From Nitrosopumilus sp. (GTDB lineage Archaea > Thermoproteota > Nitrososphaeria > Nitrososphaerales > Nitrosopumilaceae), in contig CBDBLX010000002.1 in the NCBI GenBank assembly GCA_965207445.1, positions 960,001-1,024,000 on the forward strand: DNA of 64,000 bases, read 5' to 3'. Position numbers and translations under genes: made by a program. A model generated the notes under the pieces. The model did not search any database. It had not been told where the DNA came from and saw nothing but the letters and a program-made list of their open reading frames with translations. This document shows positions 1 through 10,450 of this stretch, one piece after another. The stretch's first letter is position 1. Every line of letters begins with the position of its first letter.

Positions 1-429
1 TTCTTTGGCAAAGGAAGACGAACTGGTATATATGGAACATTACTTTTGGCAGCATACGACTACCAAAGTGACACATTTCCTAGTATATGTAAAGTTGGTA
101 CAGGATTTACAGATGATGATCTTGACAGATTGTATCAAATATTGCACTCAAAGGTTACGATAAGAAAGAACTCGCGCATAAACAGTGAGATGATGGCAGA
201 TGTGTGGTTTGAGCCTGAACTTGTAATTGAGATTGTTGCATCTGAGATAACCATAAGCCCAATACACAAGACTGCATGGAATATGATAAGAAAGGATACT
301 GGACTTGCCCTGCGATTTCCAAAATATACTGGCAAGATAAGAGGCGACAAATCCGCTGAGAATGCATCTACTATACACGAAGTAATTGCATTATTTAAGG
401 GACAAAAAAAGACAAACTTTGATGCATAA
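1..429 (+). CDS. lig: ATP-dependent DNA ligase, C-terminal OB-fold part (5' truncated by window edge)
   Basis: Frame open from window start (FFGKGRRTGIYGTLLLAAY); CKVGTGFTD and LALRFPK...IRGDKS ligase motifs. Confidence 0.93.
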   Translation, partial: FFGKGRRTGIYGTLLLAAYDYQSDTFPSICKVGTGFTDDDLDRLYQILHSKVTIRKNSRINSEMMADVWFEPELVIEIVASEITISPIHKTAWNMIRKDTGLALRFPKYTGKIRGDKSAENASTIHEVIALFKGQKKTNFDA

Positions 430-613
430 ATATTTATGTATTATAATGTATATAAAATATACTTGATGTTTATTTGTAATTACCTGTTTTTTGATTGTAA
501 TTGCCAGTTTAGTCTAAATCACATATGTGAATGATTTGTATTTACCTCTTTAATTGTACATTTTATTGAATTGTGCATAATTTAAATTATAGAATAGGTT
601 TATACGTTATGTT

Positions 614-1267
614 ATGTATAGTGGTGAATTAGAGGTACAAGCAAGACGTAAAACAATTGCGGTACTTCAAGACGAGATTAATCGTATACTTAACGCGTCT
701 AGAGAACTTGCAACTTTGCCAGATTTGATGATGAAGAAGAACAGACCTGGAGTAAAGGATGCCTTGGCTCAGATATTCTCATTAGAGGATGAGATAGAGA
801 ACCTGCGGCGTAAGATTACTCGTGAGGTTGCTGATGTGGGTGGTCTTATAGATAGTAGAGAAAACCTGTTGAATACTGCATATACGATGGATGAAATTGC
901 AGGATACATTACGGGAATATCATTCAAACTCTCAAACATCAAACCTGCCACACTAAAAGGTGCAAAACTCGACAAAGATATCACGGATCTCATTGAACTA
1001 GTTGTTGATGAGGTTTACAAACTCAACGAGATAATACGTAGTTTGTCATCAAATACTGCAAATGCAATCGAGCTTGCGCAAGAGACACAGGCCATCGAAC
1101 GAGAGATTGATACCAAATACAGGAAAATAACACTAAAGATACTCTCAGAGGTGTCTAACACTCGTGAGATGTTGTTGCTCAAAGACGTGATAGAAGGAAT
1201 AGAAGAGATGGCAGACAAATGTCAAAGAGTGTCTGATTCATTCATCTTACTAGCACTTCGTCTCTAG
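614..1267 (+). CDS. DUF47/PhoU-like phosphate transport regulator family protein
   Basis: All-helical 217 aa with repeated E..E.E.D/E..R and 'IEEMADKCQRVSD' pattern. Confidence 0.75.
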   Translation: MYSGELEVQARRKTIAVLQDEINRILNASRELATLPDLMMKKNRPGVKDALAQIFSLEDEIENLRRKITREVADVGGLIDSRENLLNTAYTMDEIAGYITGISFKLSNIKPATLKGAKLDKDITDLIELVVDEVYKLNEIIRSLSSNTANAIELAQETQAIEREIDTKYRKITLKILSEVSNTREMLLLKDVIEGIEEMADKCQRVSDSFILLALRL

Positions 1268-1344
1268 TTAGTATACTAACTTACACCTATTTTTATATAT
1301 TTTTATATTTGTAATAAATAAATAAATATTATTAATTTGTGTCC

Positions 1345-1423
1345 GTGACCGTTCAACCCCTTTCCAAATTTAGGCACAAATTCATCGTCTAACTTTTGAT
1401 GCAGATATAGGTTGAACGGTTAC
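1345..1423. mobile_element. ~80-bp MITE with IS66-type terminal inverted repeats (copy 1)
   Basis: Ends GTGACCGTTCAACCCC ... GGTTGAACGGTTAC resemble TIRs of the IS66 at 50206-52334; internal sequence is the reverse complement of the 37398-37478 copy. Confidence 0.8.
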
Positions 1424-1465
1424 CTTCTTGATATAATTCATATACATATACTCAAAACCCGCAAC

Positions 1466-2014
1466 ATGAGCAAATTGATTCGTTGTGAGCTTGTAGAGAA
1501 CCGAATTATGGCCTGGGATCCTTTGGATGCAAAGACGCTTTTTGCAGAAGGATATTATGGCAAGCCAATCGGAATGCCAAAACCCAAAATTGATGAGATA
1601 AATGTCCCTCTAGTGCTAGATTTGATCGAAGGATTTTACCTTTTAGAAAAAGGAAGAATTACAATTACGCAGTCAAGACGTAGAGTATCTATATCTCACA
1701 TGATGGATATATGTAGAGGAGAATATCATGAGTTTGATAAAAAGTATATCGTATATAAAAAATTCAGAGACCTTGGGTATATTGTCAGTTCTGGTATAAA
1801 ATATGGTTGTGACTTTGCAGTATACAAGCTAGGTCCTGGTATTGACCATGCCCCGTATATGGTTCACGTGTTTAACAAAGCAGATCATATTACATCAACT
1901 AGTATAGTACTTGCAGGTAGACTTGCATCTGCTGTAAGAAAACGATTCATACTTGCTGTTCCAAAAAGCAAACAAAATGTAGACTTTGTTGAATTAGACT
2001 GGTGGAAGGCATGA
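1466..2014 (+). CDS. endA: tRNA-intron endonuclease catalytic subunit
   Basis: VYKKFRDLGYIVSSGIKYGCDFAVYKLGPGIDHAPY and RLASAVRK motifs; ATG at 1466 preferred because the ORF-track start lies inside the MITE. Confidence 0.92.
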   Translation: MSKLIRCELVENRIMAWDPLDAKTLFAEGYYGKPIGMPKPKIDEINVPLVLDLIEGFYLLEKGRITITQSRRRVSISHMMDICRGEYHEFDKKYIVYKKFRDLGYIVSSGIKYGCDFAVYKLGPGIDHAPYMVHVFNKADHITSTSIVLAGRLASAVRKRFILAVPKSKQNVDFVELDWWKA

Positions 2015-2416
2015 TGCCTTTATGTGTCCTGCTATTTTATCGTAAATCTCAAACACATCCTGCTCTATTCTAAATGTTGCCTTGTCATTCCATCTACCAT
2101 AAATTCTAATGTTATCGTTAGTTTGCTCAATATGAATTTCTGCATTCCATACTGACTGTTTTGCAATCATCTCATTTAGTTCTGTGTCTTTATTTAATTT
2201 ATCAAGCAATGTCTTTGTATTCCCAACCCAACTCACCGATGTGACACGTTTGGATGCAAAGTGGCCGCTTGTCTCAAGTTTAGTCTTTGCAAATATGTCC
2301 ATGTTTGCACCACTGTGTGACTCGTCATACTTTGGAATATTGACAATATAATGAGCCTGATATCTATCTAGCGCTCCCCATTCAGTGACGTGTGGATCTT
2401 GCATTGTATCATTCAT
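1994..2416 (-). CDS. hypothetical protein
   Basis: 140-aa ORF overlapping upstream ORF by ATGA; no motif recognised. Confidence 0.7.
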   Translation of the reverse strand: MNDTMQDPHVTEWGALDRYQAHYIVNIPKYDESHSGANMDIFAKTKLETSGHFASKRVTSVSWVGNTKTLLDKLNKDTELNEMIAKQSVWNAEIHIEQTNDNIRIYGRWNDKATFRIEQDVFEIYDKIAGHIKASCLPPV

Positions 2417-2649
2417 CCTTTTTGAACTATATGTATCATATCAATATTCTTTCCACTTAATGTGACGCATCCGCGATTTGTCACCATTCGAGGGGTACTA
2501 GATGAGTATCTAGAGTAATAGTCTCCTGATTCGGCTGACATTGTACCAATATCACACGGCTCTGCTGACACATTAATTTGATCAAGCATGTCTGCAATCT
2601 TTTCTGGCCATGTCATATATACAAATGTGTCTGGTTCATCATCATGCAT
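2413..2649 (-). CDS. hypothetical protein
   Basis: 78-aa ORF coupled to 1994-2416. Confidence 0.65.
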   Translation of the reverse strand: MHDDEPDTFVYMTWPEKIADMLDQINVSAEPCDIGTMSAESGDYYSRYSSSTPRMVTNRGCVTLSGKNIDMIHIVQKG

Positions 2650-2750
2650 AAAAAATCAACAGACTGCCCACAAATAAATATTGAGAGTTTCATAACATGG
2701 TCATATAAATTGATCAATCAAAATAAATATCAATGCAATAACTGCAATAC

Positions 2751-4538
2751 ATGAAGTTTGTAGGGAAGACTGCTATAATTACTGGAAGCGGTACGGGAAT
2801 AGGCCTTGCAATTGCTAAGAAATTTGTCTCAAATGGTGCAAATGTAATTATTCTTGGAAGGCGTAAAGAGCCACTTGAAGAAGCTGCAAACGATCTCAAA
2901 GGAATAGCTGTAAATGGTGCAAATATTAGGATATTTCCGGGTGTCGATGTTGCCGATGCGTCTAGTGTAAATGCCATGTTTGATCAGTTGGAATCTGAGA
3001 ATATAATGATAGATTACATGATAAATAATGCTGGTGTATCTGGACCCGTGACCTGTTTTTCAAATGCATCTATTGATGACTTTAGATCTACTGTACATAT
3101 ACACTTGACAGGTACGTTTTGGGGATCTGTACAAGCACTACGTGTGATGAAGCAAGGTGGTAAAATAATTACAATATCTACATTCTTTACAGAAGAGAGG
3201 CCGTTGGAGCAAAGACCTTATAGATTTCGTACTCCATACACTGCGTCACAGGGAGCAAAGAACAGACTTGCTGAACTATTGTCTTGGGAGCTTACATGCG
3301 ATGGCATAACATCTATTGCAACAAATCCTGGCCCTGTTCATTCTGATAGAATATACAAAACAGTGTACCCAAAAGCCGCTGCAGAATTTATGAGAGTGAG
3401 TGGCTATGAAGACTTTAGTCCTTTAGAAGTAGAATCTACTGCTACAAAGATGTTGCTGCCGTTGTTGGGTGAGGATGAAAAAACCTTATCTGATGGAATC
3501 GGTACTGCTGCACGAGTCACGTCTCATGATAAAGGGATAACAGAGGATAAAGCATGTGATATTTTATCAGGATTATTAGAAAAGATCAAATACATTGCAG
3601 AAAAGGTTCAAAAAAACACATCTCGAATGATTGCAAACCAAGAGTTTCTCTCCCAAGATCAGGTTGCAGAATCTGTTTTGAATCTGTGTGATGAAAAGAT
3701 CTCTGCAATATTGGATGGAAAGGTTGTGCCAGGTGACAGAGTATTTTATCCAGTAAAGCCACATGTCTCAGGGGCTATACCTGCACCTATACAAATACCA
3801 GATTTGACAGACAAGGGTATAGTGATAATTACTGCTGATCCTACTGATGATGATGATGTACAAAAGATTGGACACATGATAAACCATATAGAGAAAGAAT
3901 GCAATGGTAGCGTGGTGTGTTTTGTATCTGCATCTGCACCAACTGATATGGCACAACGTATCGCTGATATGGCACACTCTCATGTAATTGACATGAGTAA
4001 TTCTGATGATGTGTCTAGATGGTTCTCTACTGCACAGCAAAAAAAAGGCAAGATCATTTGCACCATACATTACACTGGCAAGGTTCCATCAACGATTACA
4101 AAAATGACAAAACTCCCAAGAGTAGAATGGGATGAATTAGTTGAGAAATTTATAATTAGACCTGCAATATCTGCACAACGCACACTTGAGGCATTTGTTC
4201 CCGGTGGTGGTAGTGATCCGAGACTCTACAAAGATACCAACGGCGCAATGATTATTGTGGGCCCACAATTACCATCTGGTAAAAAGACTACTCCCACACA
4301 ACGAGCACAAGCAGAAGTATTCCGAGGTGCACTGCGCCCATTTACAACCACACTCAACCAAGAACTAAGTGATGTGCTTGGTTCAAACATAAGACTATTT
4401 ACTGCATTGCCCGGATCCGTTACAGGAATAGAGTCTGATCCACAAAAAGTTGCAGACTTGTTTGATAATATGATGACATCACCTATCGTATGTAGTGCAC
4501 TCTCAACTGTAATATTCTGTACAGACGAGTCGCGTTAA
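2751..4538 (+). CDS. two-domain SDR-family oxidoreductase
   Basis: TGSGTGIG Rossmann motif, NNAG, PGPV; second degenerate SDR-like domain in C-terminal half. Confidence 0.85.
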   Translation: MKFVGKTAIITGSGTGIGLAIAKKFVSNGANVIILGRRKEPLEEAANDLKGIAVNGANIRIFPGVDVADASSVNAMFDQLESENIMIDYMINNAGVSGPVTCFSNASIDDFRSTVHIHLTGTFWGSVQALRVMKQGGKIITISTFFTEERPLEQRPYRFRTPYTASQGAKNRLAELLSWELTCDGITSIATNPGPVHSDRIYKTVYPKAAAEFMRVSGYEDFSPLEVESTATKMLLPLLGEDEKTLSDGIGTAARVTSHDKGITEDKACDILSGLLEKIKYIAEKVQKNTSRMIANQEFLSQDQVAESVLNLCDEKISAILDGKVVPGDRVFYPVKPHVSGAIPAPIQIPDLTDKGIVIITADPTDDDDVQKIGHMINHIEKECNGSVVCFVSASAPTDMAQRIADMAHSHVIDMSNSDDVSRWFSTAQQKKGKIICTIHYTGKVPSTITKMTKLPRVEWDELVEKFIIRPAISAQRTLEAFVPGGGSDPRLYKDTNGAMIIVGPQLPSGKKTTPTQRAQAEVFRGALRPFTTTLNQELSDVLGSNIRLFTALPGSVTGIESDPQKVADLFDNMMTSPIVCSALSTVIFCTDESR

Positions 4539-4539
4539 A

Positions 4540-5004
4540 ATGAAGCGATTCGATGAATTTGAGATTGGTGAAAAATTTTACAGCACTTGCACTATAACAA
4601 AAAGTGATCTAGATGCATACTTGCAACTCTCACAGACAAAAAACATATTTCTTGAGAGTGATGATAAACACCCCAATAAACATGTCATACCTGGTAGAAT
4701 GTTGTTGGCCAAGATCGAGGGCGCATTTACAAGATTGCCTGAGATATATGGTAATTATGTAATGTTGGTTGGCACAGATGGTGATCCGGATTGGGATTGT
4801 CGTAGTGTGAGATTTTTAATGCCATTTTACACTGGTGATGATTTAAAGATCGAATATGAAATATCAGATATGGTCAATGTAAATGATGATTTTGGTAGAA
4901 TCTATGTTGATTACAATGGTACTGACTTGAAGAATGGAAATTTGGTGATAGTTGCAAAACGAAACATATATCAAATTAAAAAAGATCATATTTCTAACAA
5001 GTAA
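4540..5004 (+). CDS. MaoC-like hotdog-fold dehydratase
   Basis: FDEFEIGEKF...TITKSD, VIPGRMLL, VRFLMPFYTGDDL pattern; starts 1 bp after SDR stop. Confidence 0.7.
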   Translation: MKRFDEFEIGEKFYSTCTITKSDLDAYLQLSQTKNIFLESDDKHPNKHVIPGRMLLAKIEGAFTRLPEIYGNYVMLVGTDGDPDWDCRSVRFLMPFYTGDDLKIEYEISDMVNVNDDFGRIYVDYNGTDLKNGNLVIVAKRNIYQIKKDHISNK

Positions 5005-5050
5005 TTCTACGTATTATTATTATTGTTAAAAATCACACAGTGTGATCGTT

Positions 5051-5848
5051 TTATGTGATGGTATTTTCATCACCTATTATAGAGTCATAAAACATCTTTA
5101 TTGCTGTTGCAAGTATTGCCCCAAATGCTAATATGCGCAAGTTGCGCTCTCTTGCTTCCATTGAGAGACGTGCACCTGTCAGACCTCCGAGAAATGCTCC
5201 TATTGCCATAAATGATGCTTGCAACAAGTCTGGATTTCCAAGCAAACCATGTACTGTTATACCTGAAACAGATGCAAAAAGTAAGATCATCTGAGATGTG
5301 GGGGCAGCACGTTTTATTGACATTGCAAGGCCAGTGACCATTAATGGAATGAATATGATTCCACCACCTATTCCAAAGAATGATGATGCCACACCTGCAA
5401 AGAAACTCACTCCTACTAGTATTAGAATCAAAAATCCTGGGAATAGATGTTGTAATTTTTTCCCATATTTGTCGTCTTGTTTATCTGAAAATTTTGATCT
5501 TAATATGAGGTATGTGGCAGATGCTACAAGTACTATACCAAACAGAAATTCAAACGTATGAGACGAAAGTTCACTTGTCACTAGTGCCCCTACTATAGTA
5601 CCTGGTATTGAGAGCAGTCCCATCTTTAATGCCAACTTGTACTCGATTCGTTTCTGTCTAGAGTATACAATGGTAGATGCAACAGCATTACTCAATGTTG
5701 CAAGCAGACTATTACTTGCAGCAAGTGTATGTGGGAATCCGAGAAATACCATTACAGGAACCGTGATGATCCCTCCTCCAAGTCCTGTCATTGATCCTAA
5801 TAATCCGGCGGCAAAGCCTAATGGAACAAGCCAAAGATGTTCTATCAT
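5051..5848 (-). CDS. TauE/SafE family sulfite exporter
   Basis: Twice-repeated G(L/I)GGG(I)I(T/F)(V/I)P motif, about 8 TM helices. Confidence 0.88.
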   Translation of the reverse strand: MIEHLWLVPLGFAAGLLGSMTGLGGGIITVPVMVFLGFPHTLAASNSLLATLSNAVASTIVYSRQKRIEYKLALKMGLLSIPGTIVGALVTSELSSHTFEFLFGIVLVASATYLILRSKFSDKQDDKYGKKLQHLFPGFLILILVGVSFFAGVASSFFGIGGGIIFIPLMVTGLAMSIKRAAPTSQMILLFASVSGITVHGLLGNPDLLQASFMAIGAFLGGLTGARLSMEARERNLRILAFGAILATAIKMFYDSIIGDENTIT

Positions 5849-5980
5849 GTCATAATCTTTTATTTTTGCTTTATATTTTCTATAAATTTTGATAAAACGA
5901 ACCTGACGTGCCCTATGGTATTGTTATGGTTAATATTATGATTATATTAAAATTACACATTTACATATTTTCAGTATGCG

Positions 5981-6090
5981 TAATAGTTTCATTAAATATC
6001 CGATAGTTTTCTAATATTTTGTATTCATAATATGTGCTCAACTTTGAGATGAATATCAATCAAAATATCAGATCTTTAATCATATCAGTA
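5981..6090. mobile_element. 110-bp MITE with IS630-type TIRs (copy 1)
   Basis: TAATAGTTTCATTAAATATCCGAT...ATCAGATCTTTAATCATATCAGTA; near-exact reverse complement of 43034-43143; ends match TIRs of the IS630 at 31368-33028. Confidence 0.88.
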
Positions 6091-6273
6091 TACATCACTG
6101 TTAATGGCCCTGTTGTTACCAATTGTATTGATTTTAGATATACATCACAGCTATTATTATTATTACCTATTTTCACTAGTCACATTCTACATTAAACCGA
6201 GTACAAAACATGATCTTTTAAACACATCACATTTCATCACAACCTATAATTGAACGTCATTTGTAATGTTTGT

Positions 6274-6660
6274 ATGGGTGAGTTCAAGTTATTTGGGTCT
6301 GGTGGAAGTATAATAGCCGATCTGACAGATGCACAAGCTAAAACAGCAGATCTCGGTGTTGGCAAGCTATTCTTAGCACCTATTGGCAAAGTTGAACTCT
6401 CAAAGATTAAAGGGTACTCGTGCAATGCATGCAAGGCTGACTTTGGAAAACCTCCTAATATCAAAGTTGAGCAAGAGGATGATGATGGTGATGGTACTAC
6501 TACCACTGCTGGACCTGAACAAGTATCTGAAAATTTAATGCTAGTTGAGAGAGGACAATACACGTGTGACAAGTGTGGTTCTGTAATTGGTAATTACAGA
6601 GTGTTTGTCAAGGGTGACAAAGACTCTGATGCTGGATTGGCAAAACCATCATCTTTATAA
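6274..6660 (+). CDS. hypothetical zinc-ribbon protein
   Basis: CNAC and CDKC pairs; ATG at 6274 (MGEFKLFG). Confidence 0.75.
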   Translation: MGEFKLFGSGGSIIADLTDAQAKTADLGVGKLFLAPIGKVELSKIKGYSCNACKADFGKPPNIKVEQEDDDGDGTTTTAGPEQVSENLMLVERGQYTCDKCGSVIGNYRVFVKGDKDSDAGLAKPSSL

Positions 6661-6685
6661 TTATCTGGAGTGTGTTTGTGTGTCA

Positions 6686-7198
6686 ATGATGCAGGAAACT
6701 AACAAAGAATTAAAACAGATTGTCGAGGAACACATCAAGATACTCGGGGCAAAATATGAAGATCAAACAAATGTCGTAAAAGACAAAAACCAAAACATAC
6801 AATGGCAATTTCGTGTAGGATCTAATTTTATCGTAAGAAAAAATACGGATAACGACGGCCGGGTACACGTTAGTGTGACTCTGCAATTCAATCCTAGTGA
6901 CTCTAAACTTTTAACGTCTACTAATCCAACATTTATGAAAACTGACTTTCAAATTAGTGAAATCTGTACCATATGTGGTGTTGGACACCAGTGGGTAAAT
7001 TTTGGAGATGATATTGCAGGACTAGCACTATTTGATTATGTTGATGAGTTGGTCCTGGACAGAATATCTTTTCATAAATCATTGGAAAATATGATACGTG
7101 TATCAAACCATGTAAAAAAAATATTACATGCAAATTTTGGCAACATTGCAAAAGATTTGATGACGGGCGAAAAACTTACATCATCAATATATGATTAG
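6686..7198 (+). CDS. hypothetical protein
   Basis: Open frame from MMQETNKELK; non-overlapping start chosen. Confidence 0.6.
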   Translation: MMQETNKELKQIVEEHIKILGAKYEDQTNVVKDKNQNIQWQFRVGSNFIVRKNTDNDGRVHVSVTLQFNPSDSKLLTSTNPTFMKTDFQISEICTICGVGHQWVNFGDDIAGLALFDYVDELVLDRISFHKSLENMIRVSNHVKKILHANFGNIAKDLMTGEKLTSSIYD

Positions 7199-7348
7199 TG
7201 AACAAATCTTAAAATGTGTACTTTTTATGATTTCAATAAACTCAAGGGTCTATAGTTCATCCCAAATATAGATAGTAATTGTCACTAATGTAAATGAACA
7301 CTGTGATTTCTATAAATGACATTTTCGATTACAATCAATGTGATCGTA

Positions 7349-9490
7349 CTACATGACATCGGGCGCCTCGATTCCAATTAAATTTAATGCCTTTGTTATT
7401 GCAAGCCGAAATGAATATACCAAACAAAGTCGAGCATCTACAAGATTGGGATCATCGAGTCCAAGTACTCTACATTGTTCATAAAATGTGTTAAAACCTG
7501 TTGCTAGGTCATGACAATACCGCGCCACTACTTTGGGTGAGAGATTCTTTGCTGCATCATATACTGCTACATCAAAAGAACCTATTAATTTGATTAGATT
7601 TATTTCTGAATCTTTTTTGAGCACGTCACAATTGATTGTGTCATATGATACAACTTGCTTGGATTTTTCTAATATTCGTGACGCCCGTGCTACTGTATAT
7701 TGTATATATGATGCAGTATTGCCTTCCAAACTCAGTGAATGTGTTAAATCAAATGTTATGATTTTATCCAAGTCTTGCTTTAGCATCTCATATCGAATAG
7801 TGCCTACTGATATGGCATGTGCAATGCGTGCTGTGTTGTCATCATGTGTCATCTCAGGATGTCGTTTTATAGTTTCTGATGCAACCTTTTCATACAACAT
7901 ATCATATATGGTGTCTGCATCCACGTATAGCCCACGACGTCCTGACATCTGTGCTATTTTTCCATCTGTTTTCACTCCAAGAATCTTTGCAGTATTTGCG
8001 CTCAAAGTGACAGATTCATATGCCAAATGTATGTACGCTGCGTTATTTGATTTAAATCGCCTCATGAGACTCGTAATTATATTTTGTAGCCCTGATTGTC
8101 TAGAATCAATTACAGTAATTACAATGTCACCTGCAAAATTCATTTTATCATTATTTTTGAATGCAGTATTTTTTGTAGATGTATCCTTATTGTCGAGTAT
8201 AGTCTGCCATAGTGTTGTACCATCTGGTTGTTTTATTGGATACTGTATATAGTCAAAAGGATCCTCAAGCAATCCAAGTTTCCATGCTGCATAAGGAATG
8301 TCTTTTGCGATATATGTGGCAGTTCCATTACTGCGCACAATGACCTTGTCTTGATTGTCTTGTTTTGCTACTTGTGTGTGACTTTTGTGGTTGTCTGTGT
8401 TGTATTTGGTGTTGTATTTGTTGTTGTCTTTTGTATTTTTGGTTGCTGATGCTGATGCTGATGTATTAACATCTCGTATAACCCAACACCCATCATTTTT
8501 ACCGCCGCTAGAATCTAACTCTAGTAACTTCATATCTTTTAATTTTTCAAATACTTTGTTCCACAAACCTGAATGAATTATGTGAGATTCAAAGTTTAGG
8601 CAATTATAATATACTGAGAGACGCCAGCACGTCTGGAGTTGATCCATTAATACGCGACGAGTAATCTTGTTTGCAAATGCAGATGTCTTTGTACTTTGAT
8701 CCTCGATCTCCTTTAATGTATCTCGACGTATTTGTTCAAGTTCAGAATCTGTATTATATCTCTCAGTAGTCTTTACATATACGTCATCCCCACAATATTG
8801 TGCAAACGTCTTGTTTGGTGGTGGTTCTTGTGAAAACCCCAATTTCTGAAATCCCACAACTACATCTGCGACTTGCAACCCAGAGTCATCAACATAATTT
8901 AACACGTTGACTTTGTACCCTGCTTTTTTAAGTATCCGTGATATACTGTCTCCAATTATTATGTTTCTGACGTGTCCAATGTGTAATGCCTTGTTTGGAT
9001 TTACGCTTGTGTGCTCTATTGTAACAGTTGTGTCTTTTCCAATACTCTGATCCCCGAATGTCTTTGATCTTGCATCTGATAATATAGATTTTGTCATCTT
9101 TTTCCAATTGGCCTCAAAGTTTACAAATCCTGATGGGTGCGGCACACAAAGTGAGACGAGTCTGTCTGGTACCGACTTTTCATTGTACATATCTGATATA
9201 ATTTTAGCAATGTCCGCAGGACTCTTCTTTAATATGCGTGCAAGTAAAAATGCAATGTTTGAGCTTGCGTCACCGAATCCTGGTTTTGCAAGAGACACGT
9301 CAAATTTCACAGTGGTGGATAAATTATCTGCCTTTTTGTTGTGTTTGCTATTCTCATACTTTTCCCTGTCACCATTATCATACTTGCCACCATTATCATA
9401 CTTGCCATCATAGTCATATGTGATACTTATACGTGTCAAAATACTGTGTAATTCATCTCGTATTTCATTGAGTAGTGTTTGTATTGACAA
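7349..9490 (-). CDS. argS: arginine--tRNA ligase
   Basis: EHTSVNPNKALHIGHVRN (HIGH), RSNGTATYIAKDI, MSGRRG, GNTASYIQY, FNTFYEQCRVL. Confidence 0.97.
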   Translation of the reverse strand: MSIQTLLNEIRDELHSILTRISITYDYDGKYDNGGKYDNGDREKYENSKHNKKADNLSTTVKFDVSLAKPGFGDASSNIAFLLARILKKSPADIAKIISDMYNEKSVPDRLVSLCVPHPSGFVNFEANWKKMTKSILSDARSKTFGDQSIGKDTTVTIEHTSVNPNKALHIGHVRNIIIGDSISRILKKAGYKVNVLNYVDDSGLQVADVVVGFQKLGFSQEPPPNKTFAQYCGDDVYVKTTERYNTDSELEQIRRDTLKEIEDQSTKTSAFANKITRRVLMDQLQTCWRLSVYYNCLNFESHIIHSGLWNKVFEKLKDMKLLELDSSGGKNDGCWVIRDVNTSASASATKNTKDNNKYNTKYNTDNHKSHTQVAKQDNQDKVIVRSNGTATYIAKDIPYAAWKLGLLEDPFDYIQYPIKQPDGTTLWQTILDNKDTSTKNTAFKNNDKMNFAGDIVITVIDSRQSGLQNIITSLMRRFKSNNAAYIHLAYESVTLSANTAKILGVKTDGKIAQMSGRRGLYVDADTIYDMLYEKVASETIKRHPEMTHDDNTARIAHAISVGTIRYEMLKQDLDKIITFDLTHSLSLEGNTASYIQYTVARASRILEKSKQVVSYDTINCDVLKKDSEINLIKLIGSFDVAVYDAAKNLSPKVVARYCHDLATGFNTFYEQCRVLGLDDPNLVDARLCLVYSFRLAITKALNLIGIEAPDVM

Positions 9491-9502
9491 TCATATCCTC
9501 CT

Positions 9503-10297
9503 TTACACTGATGATATTTGTGGAGCTAATTTATCTAATGCTTCTAGTACTCCCTCACCTGCACTAGAGTCTACTGTCATTGTGGCCTCTGCTTTTACAT
9601 CATCAAATGCATTTCCAAGCGCAACACTCGTATTTGCAACTTTGAACAGTGGCACATCAGTTGCACTATCCCCAATAGCAATAACGTCTTCTCTTTTAAT
9701 TGATAATTGTTCTGCAACATGTTTGAATCCATTTCCTTTGTGTATGCCAATTGAGTTTATGTGATATCCATATTGACTATCAGACAATTGCACGCCAAGG
9801 TCATATTTTGCAAGAAGTGATTTGGCATCATTAAGATCAAATGTACGCTCCATCACAACTTCTGTCATTCTTGGAAATACATCTTTAAGTTTGACATTTG
9901 GTATGTGTGATTTGATGACCTCAAATGCTTTTTGACATTGTGCTTTGTTGCCAAGCATTGTATGTTTATCAGGACCATATGTAATGCAACCTCCATTCTC
10001 ACCTACGGTAATTTTTGTCGTACCTCCATAAACTGACAAGATGTATCCTTCTATTGACGAACGACCAGTAACAAAGATCACTCTATGCCCGTCTGCCTCA
10101 AGTCGTCTCAATGCACCTAGTGAATCTAGATGTATTCGCCCACCCCCATTCTCAGTTATTGTACCGTCAATATCAACTGCAAATGTCTTTTTGTTCTTAT
10201 TTTTATAACCGTCAAGATTGATATCATTAGAGTAATGATTGTGTGGTAATGTCTTTTTTTCATTATGCGTATTACTACTGGTATTACTGTACTGCAT
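9503..10297 (-). CDS. HAD-IIB hydrolase, archaeal phosphoglycolate phosphatase-like
   Basis: DIDGTIT, VTGR, ENGG, KG, GDSATD motifs. Confidence 0.88.
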   Translation of the reverse strand: MQYSNTSSNTHNEKKTLPHNHYSNDINLDGYKNKNKKTFAVDIDGTITENGGGRIHLDSLGALRRLEADGHRVIFVTGRSSIEGYILSVYGGTTKITVGENGGCITYGPDKHTMLGNKAQCQKAFEVIKSHIPNVKLKDVFPRMTEVVMERTFDLNDAKSLLAKYDLGVQLSDSQYGYHINSIGIHKGNGFKHVAEQLSIKREDVIAIGDSATDVPLFKVANTSVALGNAFDDVKAEATMTVDSSAGEGVLEALDKLAPQISSV

Positions 10298-10450
10298 GAC
10301 TAGTGAATTTTTGACACGTAATAAGATGTTTGGTGTGTATAGTTAATCATAGATCAAAGTGCTCAAGCTTTCGTCGCAATCGATTAATTTACATAAAATA
10401 AGAGTATCTAATGTACACTTTTAAAAATTAAGATATATCTACAAATCAAA

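Noticed and set aside
1412..1465. Longer N-terminus for endA
   Set aside because: The TTG start lies within the MITE terminal repeat; ATG at 1466 is more plausible
7533..8252. 239-aa plus-strand ORF and similar long antisense ORFs (e.g. 39231-39830, 20528-21025, 33989-34471)
   Set aside because: Entirely antisense to well-supported genes; no motifs
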